36,696 bases of DNA from Trichodelitschia bisporula (taxonomy: Eukaryota). Location: positions 7,648-44,343 of the forward strand of contig ML996715.1 of NCBI GenBank assembly GCA_010356995.1. The letters are read 5' to 3'. The notes below the pieces were generated by a model. That model ran no database searches. It was not told where the DNA came from and was given only the letters and a program-made list of their open reading frames with translations. How positions within the stretch are numbered: the stretch's first letter is position 1; the number at the start of each line of letters is the position of its first letter. Positions 10,200 through 22,527 of the stretch are shown piece by piece. The position numbers were made by a program, and so were the translations under genes.

Positions 10200-11877
10200 C
10201 GGCGCACAGCATCATCACGATACCCGGCGAGCCATTGCGGCTGTGGCTCGACGCGCTGTCGATTAACCAAAGCGATGAGAAGGAGAAGACGGCGCTGCTC
10301 GGCGTGATGGGCGATATTTACACGAATGCGTGGTCGGTGGTGGTGGTCCTGCCGCCGACGGACGAGCGCGCGTAACGCGTGCTTGCGACGCTAGCGCACG
10401 CGGCGACGATCCTCAACGCCAGCCCGCTCGCGACCGAGAACCCGAATACCCTCAAGGAGGACGCGCAGCTAACGCTCGCGTGCCGCTTGTTCAACGCGCT
10501 GATGGACGAGACGGCGCTCGGCTTGCCGGGCTGGGCATACTGGCGGCGAGCCTGGACGTTCCAGGAGTGGGCCCTCGCGCCGCATATCAGCCTGGGTCTT
10601 GACGGGGCGTACTTCGCGGGCAACGTCATCGGGATTAAAAACACGATCCTGCAGGCAGCGACGCTCATAGCCACGTACAAGCTTCTGCAGCACCAGTACA
10701 GCGTCATCGACTTCGGGTACTCGCGCGGCGAGGTCGTGCCTTGCTTCAACACCGTCAAGCGGCTCTTCCCCGACAAGCGCGCCTTCTACCCGCCAGACCT
10801 GATGACGGAAGAAGAGGCAAACATCGCCATCGTCACCGCAACGTTCAACTTCTCCAAGGCGTTGTGTCTGCGCAGTGCGGTGCCGACGCCGCTTGGCGGC
10901 ATGCCGCTGAAGCAAATGTTCAACCTCACGCCGGACGTCGGGCCAAGCACGCTTTTAGAGAAGTTCTGCTTTGCGTGGCACGCGCTGGGCGTGAGCAAGC
11001 GCGAGGCGCGCTTCGAAGCAGATCTCGTCTCGTCGTGGGCGTCCATGTGCAACATCAAGTACGCCTACAATCCTTCGGACTCCTTTGCCGCGGCGCTGCA
11101 GAAGGTGCTCGCCGTGCTCCGGCGGCAAACCACGATCTACGCGTTCCATATTTCGACCTCCGCACTTGGCGTCGACTTAGCCTTCCTCGAGTATGCGTCG
11201 CCGCACCGGCAGTGCAACGCGACCAACGCATCCTTTCTCCACGGTTTGCCGGTCCTCACCGGGCGCGCCGACACGCTGACATACTTCCGGCACTGCATGC
11301 AACCGGCGACAACGGTGGAAGTCGCCCCTGCCGCCGTCAAGTACCGGCGCATCGTCGGCGCACAATTGCTAGCCAGCGCCCCGCTAGCAGACTCCACCGC
11401 CGCGCTGTCCGCCTTTTTAGTAGCCCTGGTAGGGCACAACCAAGACGGACCGAGCGCAGCGATGTAAACCGACGTGCGCGTCCACCTCATCTCCCTGCTT
11501 CAAACAACATCCTCAGACAAGCAGTTCGTAGTCATGAGCCTGCCCACCGGCACTGGCATCATGGCAACATGGGCCATAGTACCGCGGGGCAGCTCGCCAG
11601 ACACGGGGTCATGCGCGAGGCGCTCAACGGGACGCTGGTTGTCGCCGCCGGCGACACGCTGCTCGCATATCTGACCATTTCCGATAACCTCTCTGGGACA
11701 TACTTGCTGCGTGTCGGCGGCGACGGCAAGATCAGCATTGATATGCGGCGCTCGCAGCGGGGGGACATGATGTCGTCGTTGTTGCCGCACGTGCAGACAC
11801 TGGCGGCACAGGTGAAGCTGGAGCGGCGCGAGGGCGTCTTTGGGGAGGCGGCGCCATCAAGCTGCCACTGCTTTTAA
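10200..11877 (+). pseudogene. HET-domain (heterokaryon incompatibility, TIR-like) protein pseudogene; 5' end unresolved
   Basis: LWLDALSINQSDEKEKTALLGVMGDIYTNAWSVVVVL and YWRRAWTFQEWALA are HET-domain hallmark motifs. In-frame stops at 10373-10375 and 11465-11467, with an apparent frameshift near 11600. Confidence 0.8.
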
Positions 11878-12824
11878 CGTTGCTCGTTGCCTCACTGGTC
11901 GGGATATTGAGCCTTGTCTGAGGGTTTGTCGTGGAAACTAGCAGTGGCTGCTGCTCGAGCCAAAACCAATGTATCAATTGATCTCTGACTGACTAGCTCG
12001 ACCTCTGAATGAGGTCGGGAATGAGTGACTATATACACAACGTCTGACTTCCAGTATCTTCCATCGATCTGACCAGTTTGTCAGGAAGAATACTCTAGGT
12101 ACTCAATTTGTCATCATAGAAGATTCTAGATCTTCATCCCGCAGCGGCTGGGTGTATACCGTCATTGCTCAGTCTGACAAGCCTTTTGTCGACTGTGGTG
12201 TGTCTGTCTGGGGACTAGTGCTTGAGTGGCGCGTCTGAGTACATTTTCAATGGAATTGAACCGGTGTAATGCACGACTTGTGACTCGCAACGGTCTCGAG
12301 AAGAGACTGGAGATCAGAAGGGTTGATGTTGCTGTGTATCGTCCCGTTGAGGCTGTGGAGCACCTGGTTTGCCGTTTGCAAAGCCTCATTCTGAGTCGTG
12401 AGGATGTCTTCGATCCGCTCTGTATGTACTCCACAAGGTATAATTGTCGTAAGCAGCAGTCTACCTCGTGGGATTGCGCTGGTACTGGGACAGAAGATGC
12501 CGCTCGGACGGCATGAAGTGTTGTTGAGATAAGCGCAAGCTAACAGGGAAACCAAATTCACACTATGATCACATGATTGCCAACTCCACACACTACACCA
12601 CTCTTTACCCGGCATTTGATTCCCGAGATACTCCACATTTGTTTACTCCGCTCTTGTTTACTCCGCTTCCGGGGTTAGCATCTTACTTGCGCATTACCGG
12701 GCTTATTCCCATTGCGCTACTACGGCACTTCTCGGTATCTCTCTCACTACATCGTAGCCTTCTCCGCATCAGCTTCCGCTCTTTTACTCATTCTTCCACC
12801 TCTGCATACAATGCGCCCGTCACA

Positions 12825-13199
12825 ATGGCGATAACAGCAGCGCAGGTGAAGAAAGACGCGAGCCCGTGCACACGTACAATCGCATACCCGTTCTGGTTCG
12901 GCGGCTCAGCGTCTTGCTTCGCAGCATGCGTCACACACCCTCTTGACCTCGGTGCGCCGCCTCTCACTCGGAGTCTCCCACTCGGAGCCTCTCCCTCTCA
13001 CCTGAACCCTCTAACACCACACAGTCAAAGTCCGCCTCCAAACTCAACACCATGGCACGCGCCTCAACATGGCGCAAATGTTCCGGCACATCGTCGTCTC
13101 TGACGGACTCAAGGGTCTCTACTCCGGCGTACCACATCCCCTCCCCCCACTCCAACCCCCCACTGACCAGCCTAGCTCTCCGCCTCCCTCCTCCCCCAA
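12825..13199 (+). pseudogene. DIC1: 5' fragment of mitochondrial dicarboxylate carrier
   Basis: YPFWFGGSASCFAACVTHPLDL | intron 12952-13024 | VKVRLQT...GLKGLYSG | intron 13129-13175 | LSASLLPQ (normally LLRQ). Similarity then ends abruptly. Confidence 0.85.
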
Positions 13200-13499
13200 C
13201 CCCGCACAGTATCAGCGTGCCTAACGCTCAACACCCGCTCCCCATCGGGCAGCACATGCAACCCCATCTTCCCCCCCCAGCCCAGCAACCAGGCTGCTAC
13301 CTCCCACCCCCGTTCCTGCCCCCATATGATGCGCCCTAAGCCTCCGCCAACCAGCGGCACGTATATCCGCCGCTCTCGTCGTCGTATATTACAGCTCCAT
13401 CTGGCAGGCTGTACCCCTTCTCCACCCCTACCCCAGCCGTCATACGGCGCACGAAGTACACCCCGCCCCCATCCGGCAATCACAGCATATCGGCCCCCA

Positions 13500-14686
13500 C
13501 TATATCCTTCTTCTGCGAAACGCCCACCACGCCTCCCACGGCAACCGCCACCCCGGGCCTCTCAACCGGCCATCAAAAACATCGAAATCGACACGCTCCA
13601 ACCGCTCCAGCCACATCCGCGTCGGCACCGCACCCATCAGCACGCCAAAACCCGCTTCTACTTCACGGAGCGCCTTGCCACTCGGCACATCCGTCGCGGA
13701 TTGTACCTCATCGTACCCCGCCCGCTGCGCATCGCCCTCGTGCTCGAACGCGTGGCCTGCGCCCTGGCCCGCCAGGAGCGAGCGCAGCATTTCGCGGGCT
13801 GTGATGAGGTGGTCGTTGGCGCGGGTTGCGTCTTCGAAGACTGCGTCGCGGAGGCCGGGGGCTGAGGGGCCGGTGCGCAGGATGGTTTCTTCTTGTACGC
13901 TGTGCGCCGCCATGATGTCCAGCGGGAGGAGGACGGGGGGGTGGGGCGCGCTGCCCTGCGCGGTCCCGCCGGAGGGGGGAGGCGGGAAGCCGAGTAGCGG
14001 GAGGCTGCGCAGGACGGCGACTATGCCGGTTGCTTTGCCGATGTGGGAGGCGAGGTGGTCGGCTGTGATGGAGGAGAGGATGAGGGAGGAGAGGGGGAGG
14101 GAGGAGAGGGTTAGGTAGCTGAATGTTGAGTAAGTGTTTTCGGCGTAGGTTTCGAGGGCGGAGAGGGCGGGGTAGGGTCTGTTTCCGAGGTATTTTTCGC
14201 GTTCGGATATTATGCGGTGGAGCCAGGCGCGGGAGAGGCGTGAGCCCCCCCGGTGCGTTGTTGGAGGGAGGTGCTTACGGCGGCGAGGAGGAGGGGGATG
14301 GGGTGTTTTGGGGGGTTGCCGACGAGGGTGGCGGTCACGGAGTCGCGCCAGAATTGGAAACGCATGGCGCCGATGGTGGGTTGGGAGGTGGAGTCGGCGA
14401 TGCGGGCGGTTTCGAGGTTGAAGGCGCGGAGGGCGAGGTAGGCGTCCCGGGCTTGGGGGGGGATGAAGGTGTGCAGGATGTAGGAGGGGGAGTCTTGTCG
14501 TCTGGATTTGTTAGCTTTGAAGGGGAGAGCAGATGGACGTACTGGAGGAGTGTAAGGCAGTATTGTCGGGGCGTTGTCTATCTCTGCGGCGGAGGCGGCG
14601 GGGGAGGGAGTGGAGCTATATGCCCGGTGCAGACATGATGCCTTACAGCGACCGGGACGGGCGCGGCGGAGGAGGGTTGAGGACAT
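13500..14686 (-). pseudogene. NDUFAF6: Complex I assembly factor 6 (squalene/phytoene synthase fold), frameshifted
   Basis: Mitochondrial-targeting-like N-terminus. RDAYLALRAFNLE, IGAMRFQFWRD, LETYAENTYST, DHLASHIGKATGI, DAVFEDATRANDHLITAR, WLERLERVDFDVFD..L..RLPW. Frame changes in C/G runs near 14570 and 14245. Confidence 0.8.
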
Positions 14687-15379
14687 TGGAGAGTGGGTGG
14701 CCCGCCAGTCGGCCTGGAAGCGGGCCACGGCGCGCCATGCGGGGGATGTCACGGGGGGCTCGTCGTTGCAGATTTCGAAGAGTCGATGCAAAACGATGGC
14801 TTGACGCGCACCGGTCAGGGCCAAGGCCAGTTTTTGGACGAGACGAAGAGCTTCACCCTCCCCAGAAAGATCCCCAGCTACGCCCCATCGCGAGCTCATT
14901 GACCGCGAGTCCTCGGTGCTCAGCATTGCCGCCAACACTACTGAGCTCGACCGCGTTCATCGGTAAGCAGGCCTTCCCGCCCCTCTGCATGAGCCGCGGT
15001 CAGGCAGCAGCACAAAGCCTCCCGTCGAGAACGGCTTCACTCTCAACGCCAAAGCGGCCGCGGAGTATACACTCATGGAGCCCCTGCCGGCGCTGAACAT
15101 CCGCAACCGCAAGCGCGGCCTGGATGTGAAATCACGGCTGTGACGGCGATAGGCACTGGCTGTGTATGATCTGCCATGGCCGCAGCACCCATGACAGCAG
15201 CATCCGTGAGATCACCTCGTTCAGCCTCGGCGGCACAAGCCACATCACCCGCCACTCAGCCAAGTCCCACTGGATCACACGCTAACGCCTTTAATAGGCC
15301 ACATCTAGCGACTTCCTCGGCCTCGTGGCTAGCCTGTGCCATAACGGCCCCACCCCCACCCCCTCGCCCTACAGCACGC

Positions 15380-16397
15380 TGCGCCAGTGGAGATCATGCG
15401 GGCGTACCGCGCCGGCGAGGCATACATCAAGGCCCATCATGGCTTATTTCATCGACGCAGGCGGGCAGCTTCGCCAGCCCGTCCCCACACTGCCGGACAT
15501 CGAAGGTGCATACAGCGGTGAGAACCTTACCGCCGCCCTCAGCAACCTCATAAGGGTATTCGGCATTGACCACATAGGCAAGGTCGGCTTCTTCATACTC
15601 GACAACGCGCACCCCACCAACACCGCCGTCGCTACTCTCGGAGAGGAATTCGGCTTCGATGAGGCCGAGCGGCGCACATGTCCTTCCTTCAGGGCATGAT
15701 CAACCGCGCATGGGTGAAGCTCACCAAGTACTACGAGAAGCTGGATGAGTTCCCCGCCAACGCCATGGCTCTCATCCTCCACCCATAGTACAAGGATCGC
15801 CTCTTTGTCAAAATGTGGGCGAAGAAGATGCCCGGTTAGCTGCATTCGACGCGGCAGGCCGCTAGAACGTACTGGCGCAGCTTTGCGGCCAAGCATCGTG
15901 AGGCCAACGTGTCATTTCAAAGCGACGTGACTGTCAGCCAGCGCCGCACCCTTCCCTCCATGCTTCAGCGTGACAACCTTCGCCCTGCCACGCAGCGCCC
16001 CGATCGGTGCGTAGTTCTCGAGAACCTCCTTTCATCGGACGTCGAGGACGACCAGGAGAACGAAATCGATTGGTATCTTGCGGAGAGGCGCGTGTCGCAG
16101 TGCGCCAAGTTCGACCCTGTGAAATGATGGATGGGCAAGTGGGAGGACTTTCCCGTACTCAGTAAGCTTACACTCAGCCTCTTCGCTGTCCCGACCTCTT
16201 CATCGGAATGTGAGCGGCTGTTCAGCGGTGCCGGCCGCCACCTTACCCCGGACCGCGCGCCAATGCACGCGAGCACGCTGCAGGCTCTCGAGTGCGTGAA
16301 ATGCTGGGTTGGGCCGGAGCAGCAGCACGGGGAGAAGCGGAAGCGTGGCAGCGATAGCGAGGGCAGTAACAGTGAGGGCAGTGGCAGTGAGTTGTAG
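15380..16397 (+). mobile_element. Degenerate, internally deleted hAT-superfamily DNA transposase
   Basis: GAYSGENL..FGI..KVGFFILDNA; AWVKLTKYYEKLD..ALILHP; C-terminal dimerisation motif FPVLSKLTLSLFAVPTSSSECERLFSGAG..LTPDR..LQALECVKCW. Stops and frameshifts between blocks. Confidence 0.85.
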
Positions 16398-17579
16398 ATG
16401 ATCTCGTTAATAAGAGCGCCTCTGGCGAATGTTTTCTCCCTCTTCGTGCGCATCTCCTCCGCGCATCTCCCCCGCGCATCTCCCCCGTATACTACTCCCG
16501 CGCCTTTCCCGTCCATCTCCCCTGCGTGCCTTGTCAGGGGCGTGCAAAAGTATGGAAGTCACAATGGGTAGGGTGCAGGCATGAACAAGTTACTTCCACA
16601 AAGATCTATCTGAAGGGCGAGCCGCCAGACTCTTGAGCAGATCGCGCTGCCATCTGCCTAAGGCATGGCGGGGTGCGGGAAGGCTGGCGTGACGTGGCAG
16701 CAGCCGCGGGGGAAGGTCGCGGGGAGCCAATGACGTTAAGGCCCGGCATTGGTCTCCCACGACACCCAGCTCTCATAGGGGGCCATCTACCGACATCCCC
16801 ACCTAATGTCACCGTCAACAGTCACGCATGCACGATCAAGATGTGGGTAAGACGTAGACTGTAAAGCTACGGAGCAAAGATGTCAGGGACTGCGGGTAAG
16901 TGGGCCTGGTGTGTGAGTGTGAGTGTGAGTGTGACGGCTTGGCACAGCGCCAAGCCCCATACAAACCCGGTGATGGTGCGAGCCCATGAAGCAGCAGAAA
17001 CCGGGTGTCATACCGTAACACCTAAAGCATCGAACAACGCCATATTCGTCTTCCCGGAGGTTTACAAAGTCGAAAACAACAATTGACAATTTGCTTACCT
17101 AGTCGCGCGCTTAATACCGGCAATTTCAATTGGATGGTGTCCGCCAAGGCTGATGACAAAGCACGTAAGATGCTAGTCCATATGACGTGAAGCCGTGTTA
17201 GGGTGCTAGGCGGATAATCCTATGTATGTCACCTGAGACCATACACAGAGAGCCCGATTCTTGAGCGCCACCTCCGCCCGCGCCACCATCTCCATCCGCG
17301 CCACCAACTCCACCCGTGCCACCAACCCACTCGCCACCTGCGCCACTGCTTCAGCTCGTCTTCCCTTCCCTCACCACGGTACAACCCCGCACTTAGCCCC
17401 CCAGCCACCTCACTCGGAGAATCGGAGTGCGGGGTAGTGTTGCCTGAGTCACGTTGAGGCAGAGCTGACACTGCGAAGACGGAATAGGGGTCCTAACAGG
17501 TGCCCCCGCTCAATTGAGATATGACCCTTCCGATACTCATGATACTTCGCTTGCAGGTCCAACCGGGCCGGTTCTGGAG

Positions 17580-17677
17580 AGGGAAGCCGGCGACAGGCCG
17601 AAGATGGGGCGATTTAAGGGGGGCGTTGTGGTTCAATGCGGAGGGCAGGACAAGCACATGTTATTGCCCATCTAAAA
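17580..17677 (+). repeat. ~98-bp dispersed repeat, copy 2 (copy 1 at 4212-4307)
   Basis: Colinear match to 4212-4307. Confidence 0.75.
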
Positions 17678-17911
17678 CACACACACGTACCTCCCATACA
17701 CACGCTCCCCCCACACACGCGCTGCTCCGGGTCCGTAAACAATCTGACATACTCGGGTCTATTCACCCGGCCTGGGTGCTCGCTCAGGCTCACCCCGGTC
17801 CTGACCGTCCAATTAACCATCTTGAATCGCTCATGAAGGGAATCACACTCCAGCCTCGCCTCGATCAACAGTGTAGCAAACAGGCCACGCCTGCTGTAGC
17901 CCAGGAGCTAA

Positions 17912-19878
17912 TCATGACAGCAGCGCAAATTCTGAAACAACGTCCTTGAGCATGTTGTCGAGAACAACGCACGTGAAAAATCCGGGATCGAAAATCACGA
18001 ATAAGACGTTTGGACACGTCGCTAAATGAACATTAGAGATCCGGACAAATGACAGAGGGAAGGTTGAACTTACGCAAGGACTTTGCTGGCCGAGAAGTTC
18101 GGAAGTCGACCACGACCCACTCTCTAAAATTGAAAGAGGTGTAACGGCCTTCCCCGACAAACCGGTCGTAATGCTCCTGTAGTTGGGTCCCGTCCCGCAG
18201 CAATTCAATACCCCAATGGACCCCAGGGATCACAAAGTCGATTCGCTGCCCGCCTAATTCCTTGCTGGAAAACTCCGGGGTGGGAATGATGCGTGCTCTG
18301 GTGACCTTGTATATCGTGCGGTGGAGTTCGGCGCCATAGGCTGCTTCTGGAGTCTTGGATTCTCGTCGCAGAGCATTCCCACAAAACGACTTCAGGCCAG
18401 TCAAGACACACTCCCGTACGCTCTTGAATGGGAAAGGACCGGTGAGATGTGGGACAACGGTGATCGCGGCAAACCTGGCTAAGGTTAGCTATAATTCGTG
18501 CAAAACAGTATAATGGACGTACCAGCGATGAACTTCGGTCGGATAAGTATAGACTATGGAATCGCCGTCTTTCACAACGGCATGCAGGTAGCCCTTGACA
18601 TAGCACTTGCGAAGTGCTTCAGGATTTGTGTCCTCTAGCTGAGCGAACCCTTCTATCGCAACCTTGATGAGAACATTGCGGACATCGGGGTCCCGAAACG
18701 TGGAATGAGGAAATCCGCGGTATGCAGCACAGGATTTGATGACGTTTACGAGGCCATCCCTATTGAACAAGAAATGCTCAAGGGAAGCAGACTGAATTTC
18801 CTTTCCATTTCTGACGATAGTTTTGCAATGCTGGACCATTGAAGGCTGAAGTCAGCAACGCCCAACCGTACAGATTGCTAGGGAAAAGGATGAGACCCAC
18901 ATGGGATTCCAGGAAATTCTCAATCAGGGCAGTCGCAAGGCCAATGTGACCCTCAGAAAACTTGAACAGCATGTCTAGGGCCTCATTCGAGATTGATGCG
19001 GGTATTGCCGTAGTCTTCTTCATCCCCCAGCTCATGAACTCTTCTTGCGAGAAAAACATGCCCACGGAGACAAAAGCTGACGGACGTAGCCCGACGATGC
19101 AATTCTCGGGAAGTGTAAATGGAGTCAATGCACACTCGTCATTGCCAAGGTCCGCCGAACTGCCATAGCAACAGGCGAAGACAAACTTGATACTTTGTGG
19201 TCTTTTTTTGAAATTCTCCAAGACACCCTTGATAGCCTCGTTCCAAAAGGCTGCATCAGCGTAACTCGTCTGCCCTTCATCGAAAAGAATGTAGGCTGGA
19301 GTGCAAAGGACGTCTGTGTGAGCATCCGGCATTAGTTCCTTCAGCTGATCAAACCAGGGCTTCGTTGCCCCTTTAGGGTAACGGGAAAGAAGATGGACCT
19401 GATTGCCTTGGAGACGAAGGTAGTGATAGAGGAGGTCCATGACGCTGGTCTTTCCGGACGCAGGGGTGCCTCGAAGCTGAACGACACCGGTGCGTTCAAG
19501 AAGCGCGACCACAGTCTCCAGGAGAGTTGTTCGGGGCTCCAGGTGAAGGTATTTTGCGACTTCATTGGACGAGATATCGGGTGGAATGGTATTTCGCTCG
19601 CTCGCACCTCTCGCGATTGTGGCAAAGGATTCGTCTTGGGGCACTTCATTCTGGTTAGCTAGGCCGGGGAAGGATGAGTTGCTGTCCTCACCAACGTCAA
19701 TCCCCGAAGAGGGCGGTGCAGCAGCTGTAGTCGGCAGACTGGGCGTGTCGTGGATTGAGAATGCATGATCGCAAACTGTGCAGGCTGGATCACCGCCTGC
19801 GCCCACCGGTGCCGAAGCCTGCATGCAACTGCACGCCATCATTCCTTGCCTGAAGCAGCATGGTCCACGGAACACCAT
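17912..19878 (-). CDS. P-loop NTPase + PD-(D/E)xK-like nuclease (Crinkler-related NTPase+REase type) with N-terminal Cys/His-rich domain, ~603 aa
   Basis: Exons 19878-18901, 18845-18523, 18474-18074, 18021-17912 splice via GT-AG into a 1812-nt ORF. Walker A RGTPASGKT, Walker B ILFDEGQ, EGHIGL. C-terminal PEAAYGAELHR..PEF..RIDFVIP..WGIELLRDG..LQEHYDRF..VVVDFR. Start codon could be further upstream (19929). Confidence 0.8.
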
Positions 19879-20683
19879 GATGGGTGGGCTGGAAGGGCAT
19901 GAAGAGAGAGGGCGCCGGAATATTTCCATGATGGATGATAGCGTCCCTAAATTTGGAGTTCTTGATCGCGACTGACGTGGGTGCAGGCAGTATTGATGAT
20001 GTGAGTTGCTAGGCCTACGTGTTAAGGTAAGGTTCGGTTGCTTAAGAGAGAGCTTCCGGCCTGTCAGGGGCGCACAAATCACTGGTTGCACAGCATTGGT
20101 TGTGGAATAACATTCATTGAAAGCTTGAAGGACTATGTAAGGGTTTCGCGGTGACCGGGGAGTAAGCGGCGAAGATCTCCATGAGCTACTTGCGTCAGTG
20201 GATAGCCCTATGATAGAGTCGCAAAGCTAACCTTGTCCTCACGAAGATGTGGAGTGTGGGGGAGCTGGGGGTGCTAGCGCAACAGGCCAATGCCAAGTCC
20301 TTACCCCTGCAAGTCCAACCGGGCTGGAATTGCAGGATCAGCCATCAAGCTTACCAAATCACGTGACCCACACAGGGCCTGTGGCGATTTGACATGGGAG
20401 AGATGGTATCCTCCCATGACACGGCCTTTGTTTATTCGCCTAGCACATGGAATTTCCTTCAATCAATAACACAGGCGTGTATCCTTGGACGCACGCAAAA
20501 AAAAAATCTATATCGACGCACAATTCGAATCCAAAGCTTCCAGCCAACCGATCATCACTTTGCCTTGATTGATACCACACGGAAGCAAGGCTATGATGGA
20601 CGGGCTCTCTGTACAGCCAGTGACGATCAGCCACGTTCCGACGTAGCCACGCAATTGAATCAAGCCACCGAATCCACTCACTC

Positions 20684-20736
20684 GGTGGGTATCGGCCCGA
20701 CCTTTAATCCGAGAGCCAGTACACTCCGCGGTCATG
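20684..20736. repeat. ~53-bp dispersed repeat, copy 2 (copy 1 at 6435-6488)
   Basis: Near-identical to 6435-6488. Confidence 0.85.
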
Positions 20737-21420
20737 TCTTTCTCTGTCTCCCAGATGCCTCTGCCTCCCGGCGTAACGTTCGCTGACCTCAACGTATCGC
20801 TCGATGATGTACCTTCATACGCTACCGCAATTGCTGCTGCATCCTGCATACTGTGACATTGATAGCTGAAAGGGGATAAATCCGCCATTTCAGAAATCGC
20901 TCGCTTCCGCTCGCTCAGCAATCTCAAATTCAGCTTCAAACAACACCAAACATACTTTCAGCTTCCAGCGCCTCTCGCGGAGCTCCAAAGCTTCATCGCA
21001 TTCAGCAACGCATTGCTAGCCTTCAAAGCTTCCAGCAAACACAGGAACCCTTCGAAAGTACCGCGAACGTGCAGCTCCTCAGATCACCAAAGCTTCGCGC
21101 ATTCAAACAGCGCTAGATCTTGCTACGCTTCTACCATTCACCAGCGCTTCCGCGAACCCCCCAGACCTCGAAGAACCTTGCAAACCTTCGATAAAAAAGC
21201 TTCCTCCAGATCTTCTCCCTTCACCGAGTCACCTCAACGTCATACGTTCAGCGTCTTACGTCCTACGTCTTACATCATCAACAAGCGCAGAGCTACCACG
21301 CCTCATCACTCTGCGACTGGCTTGCCTCCGTCCTTTACCCACCCTCAGCCAGCCGTAGAGCCCCTACATCCCACTACCCCACTTCCCCATCCATATACCA
21401 CACCCTCCGTCACACGTGCC

Positions 21421-22268
21421 ATGACTCAAGTTGCGAACCCCAACCAGCCCGTGCCGCTGGACACCATTCCCATCTCCTCCTGAGGGCTCTATGCGCGTGG
21501 AGAATGGCGCGAGCGACGCTCCCGTCACCGTCTTCCACGACCCGGAGAACTTCAACGTCAAGCACCCGCTGATGAACAAGTGGACTCTGTGGTTTACAAA
21601 GCCGCCAACCGGCAAGGTGCGTAATACTTGTCGTTGCTTAGCATTGGCTGACCGAAGCAGGACAACAACTGGAACGACCTGCTGAAGGAGGTGATTTCGT
21701 TTGACTCAGTCGAGGAGTTCTGGGGCATCTACGTATGTCTCCCACTTGACTCGCTCCATATTTCGTAACTAACCGCCCAGAACAACATCACGTCCGCCTC
21801 CGAACTCGCCCAAAAGTCCGACTACCACCTCTTCAAAGCCGGCGTGCGTCCGGAGTGGGAAGACCCCAGAAAAAGCACGGCGGCAAGTGGGCCTTCCAGT
21901 TCCGCGACAAAAAGAACATCAACATCGGCAACCTGTGGCTGCACGTCATGCTCGCCGCCATCGGCGAGACGCTCGAGGAGGAAGGCGACGGCGAAGTCAT
22001 GGGCGTCGTAGTCAACGTGCGCAAGGGCTTCTACCGCTTCGGTCTCTAGACCAGCTCGACGGGCCGCCCCTTCCCCGGCGGCGGCGACGGCAACACAGCC
22101 GGCGGCAAGGGGCGCTCCGTCGAGGCGGGCGCCGAGGTGCTCAAGCGCATTGGCCGTGCGTTCAAGGAGACGCTAGGGCTGAAGGACAGCGAGCAGGTCG
22201 AGTTCTCCGGGCATACGGACACGGCGACGAGTGACCGCACGCGCGCGAAGGCGAAGCTGTCGGTCTAG
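21421..22268 (+). pseudogene. TIF45: Translation initiation factor eIF4E pseudogene
   Basis: KHPLMNKWTLWFTKPP | intron 21617-21660 | WNDLLKEVISFDSVEEFWGIY | intron 21733-21780 | DYHLFKAGVRPEWEDP..GGKW..LAAIGETLE. Frameshifts near 21478 and 21868; TAG (22047-22049) replaces the conserved Trp of GLW. Confidence 0.9.
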
Positions 22269-22527
22269 GCTGGTGCTGGTAGATGTGTGCTGTAGACGGT
22301 TGAGTGAGTAGTGGCGCAACAGGTGGTCGACACGACATGATCCCACCGTCCGCTGCTCACTGCCGCTACACAACTCTCATCACATCATCGTTATCAAGGG
22401 AGATGAATTAGTCTACCTGTCCAACGCCCACAGACAAACGCGGGGAATCACAGTTCTAGCTCATAACAGTCCAACAGCCAGACCAACTCGTAAAGCCGAA
22501 CGACGTCAAAAGGACAAGCAAGCAAAA

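Noticed and set aside
10741..11600. Arg-rich N-terminal part of the 378-aa ORF 10741-11877
   Set aside because: Off-frame reading of the GC-rich HET pseudogene; only the last ~90 codons look like real coding sequence.
12100..12640. Coding-looking minus-strand stretch
   Set aside because: Several stops and no recognisable domain; cannot support a call.
16430..16560. GCGCATCTCCCCC repeats and CAGGGGCGTGC as possible hAT subterminal repeats / TIR
   Set aside because: No matching inverted partner or 8-bp TSD found.
16909..16934. (GTGTGA)n microsatellite; also the Gly-rich 18-bp periodic stretch at about 17265-17345
   Set aside because: Simple low-complexity sequence with no supporting context.
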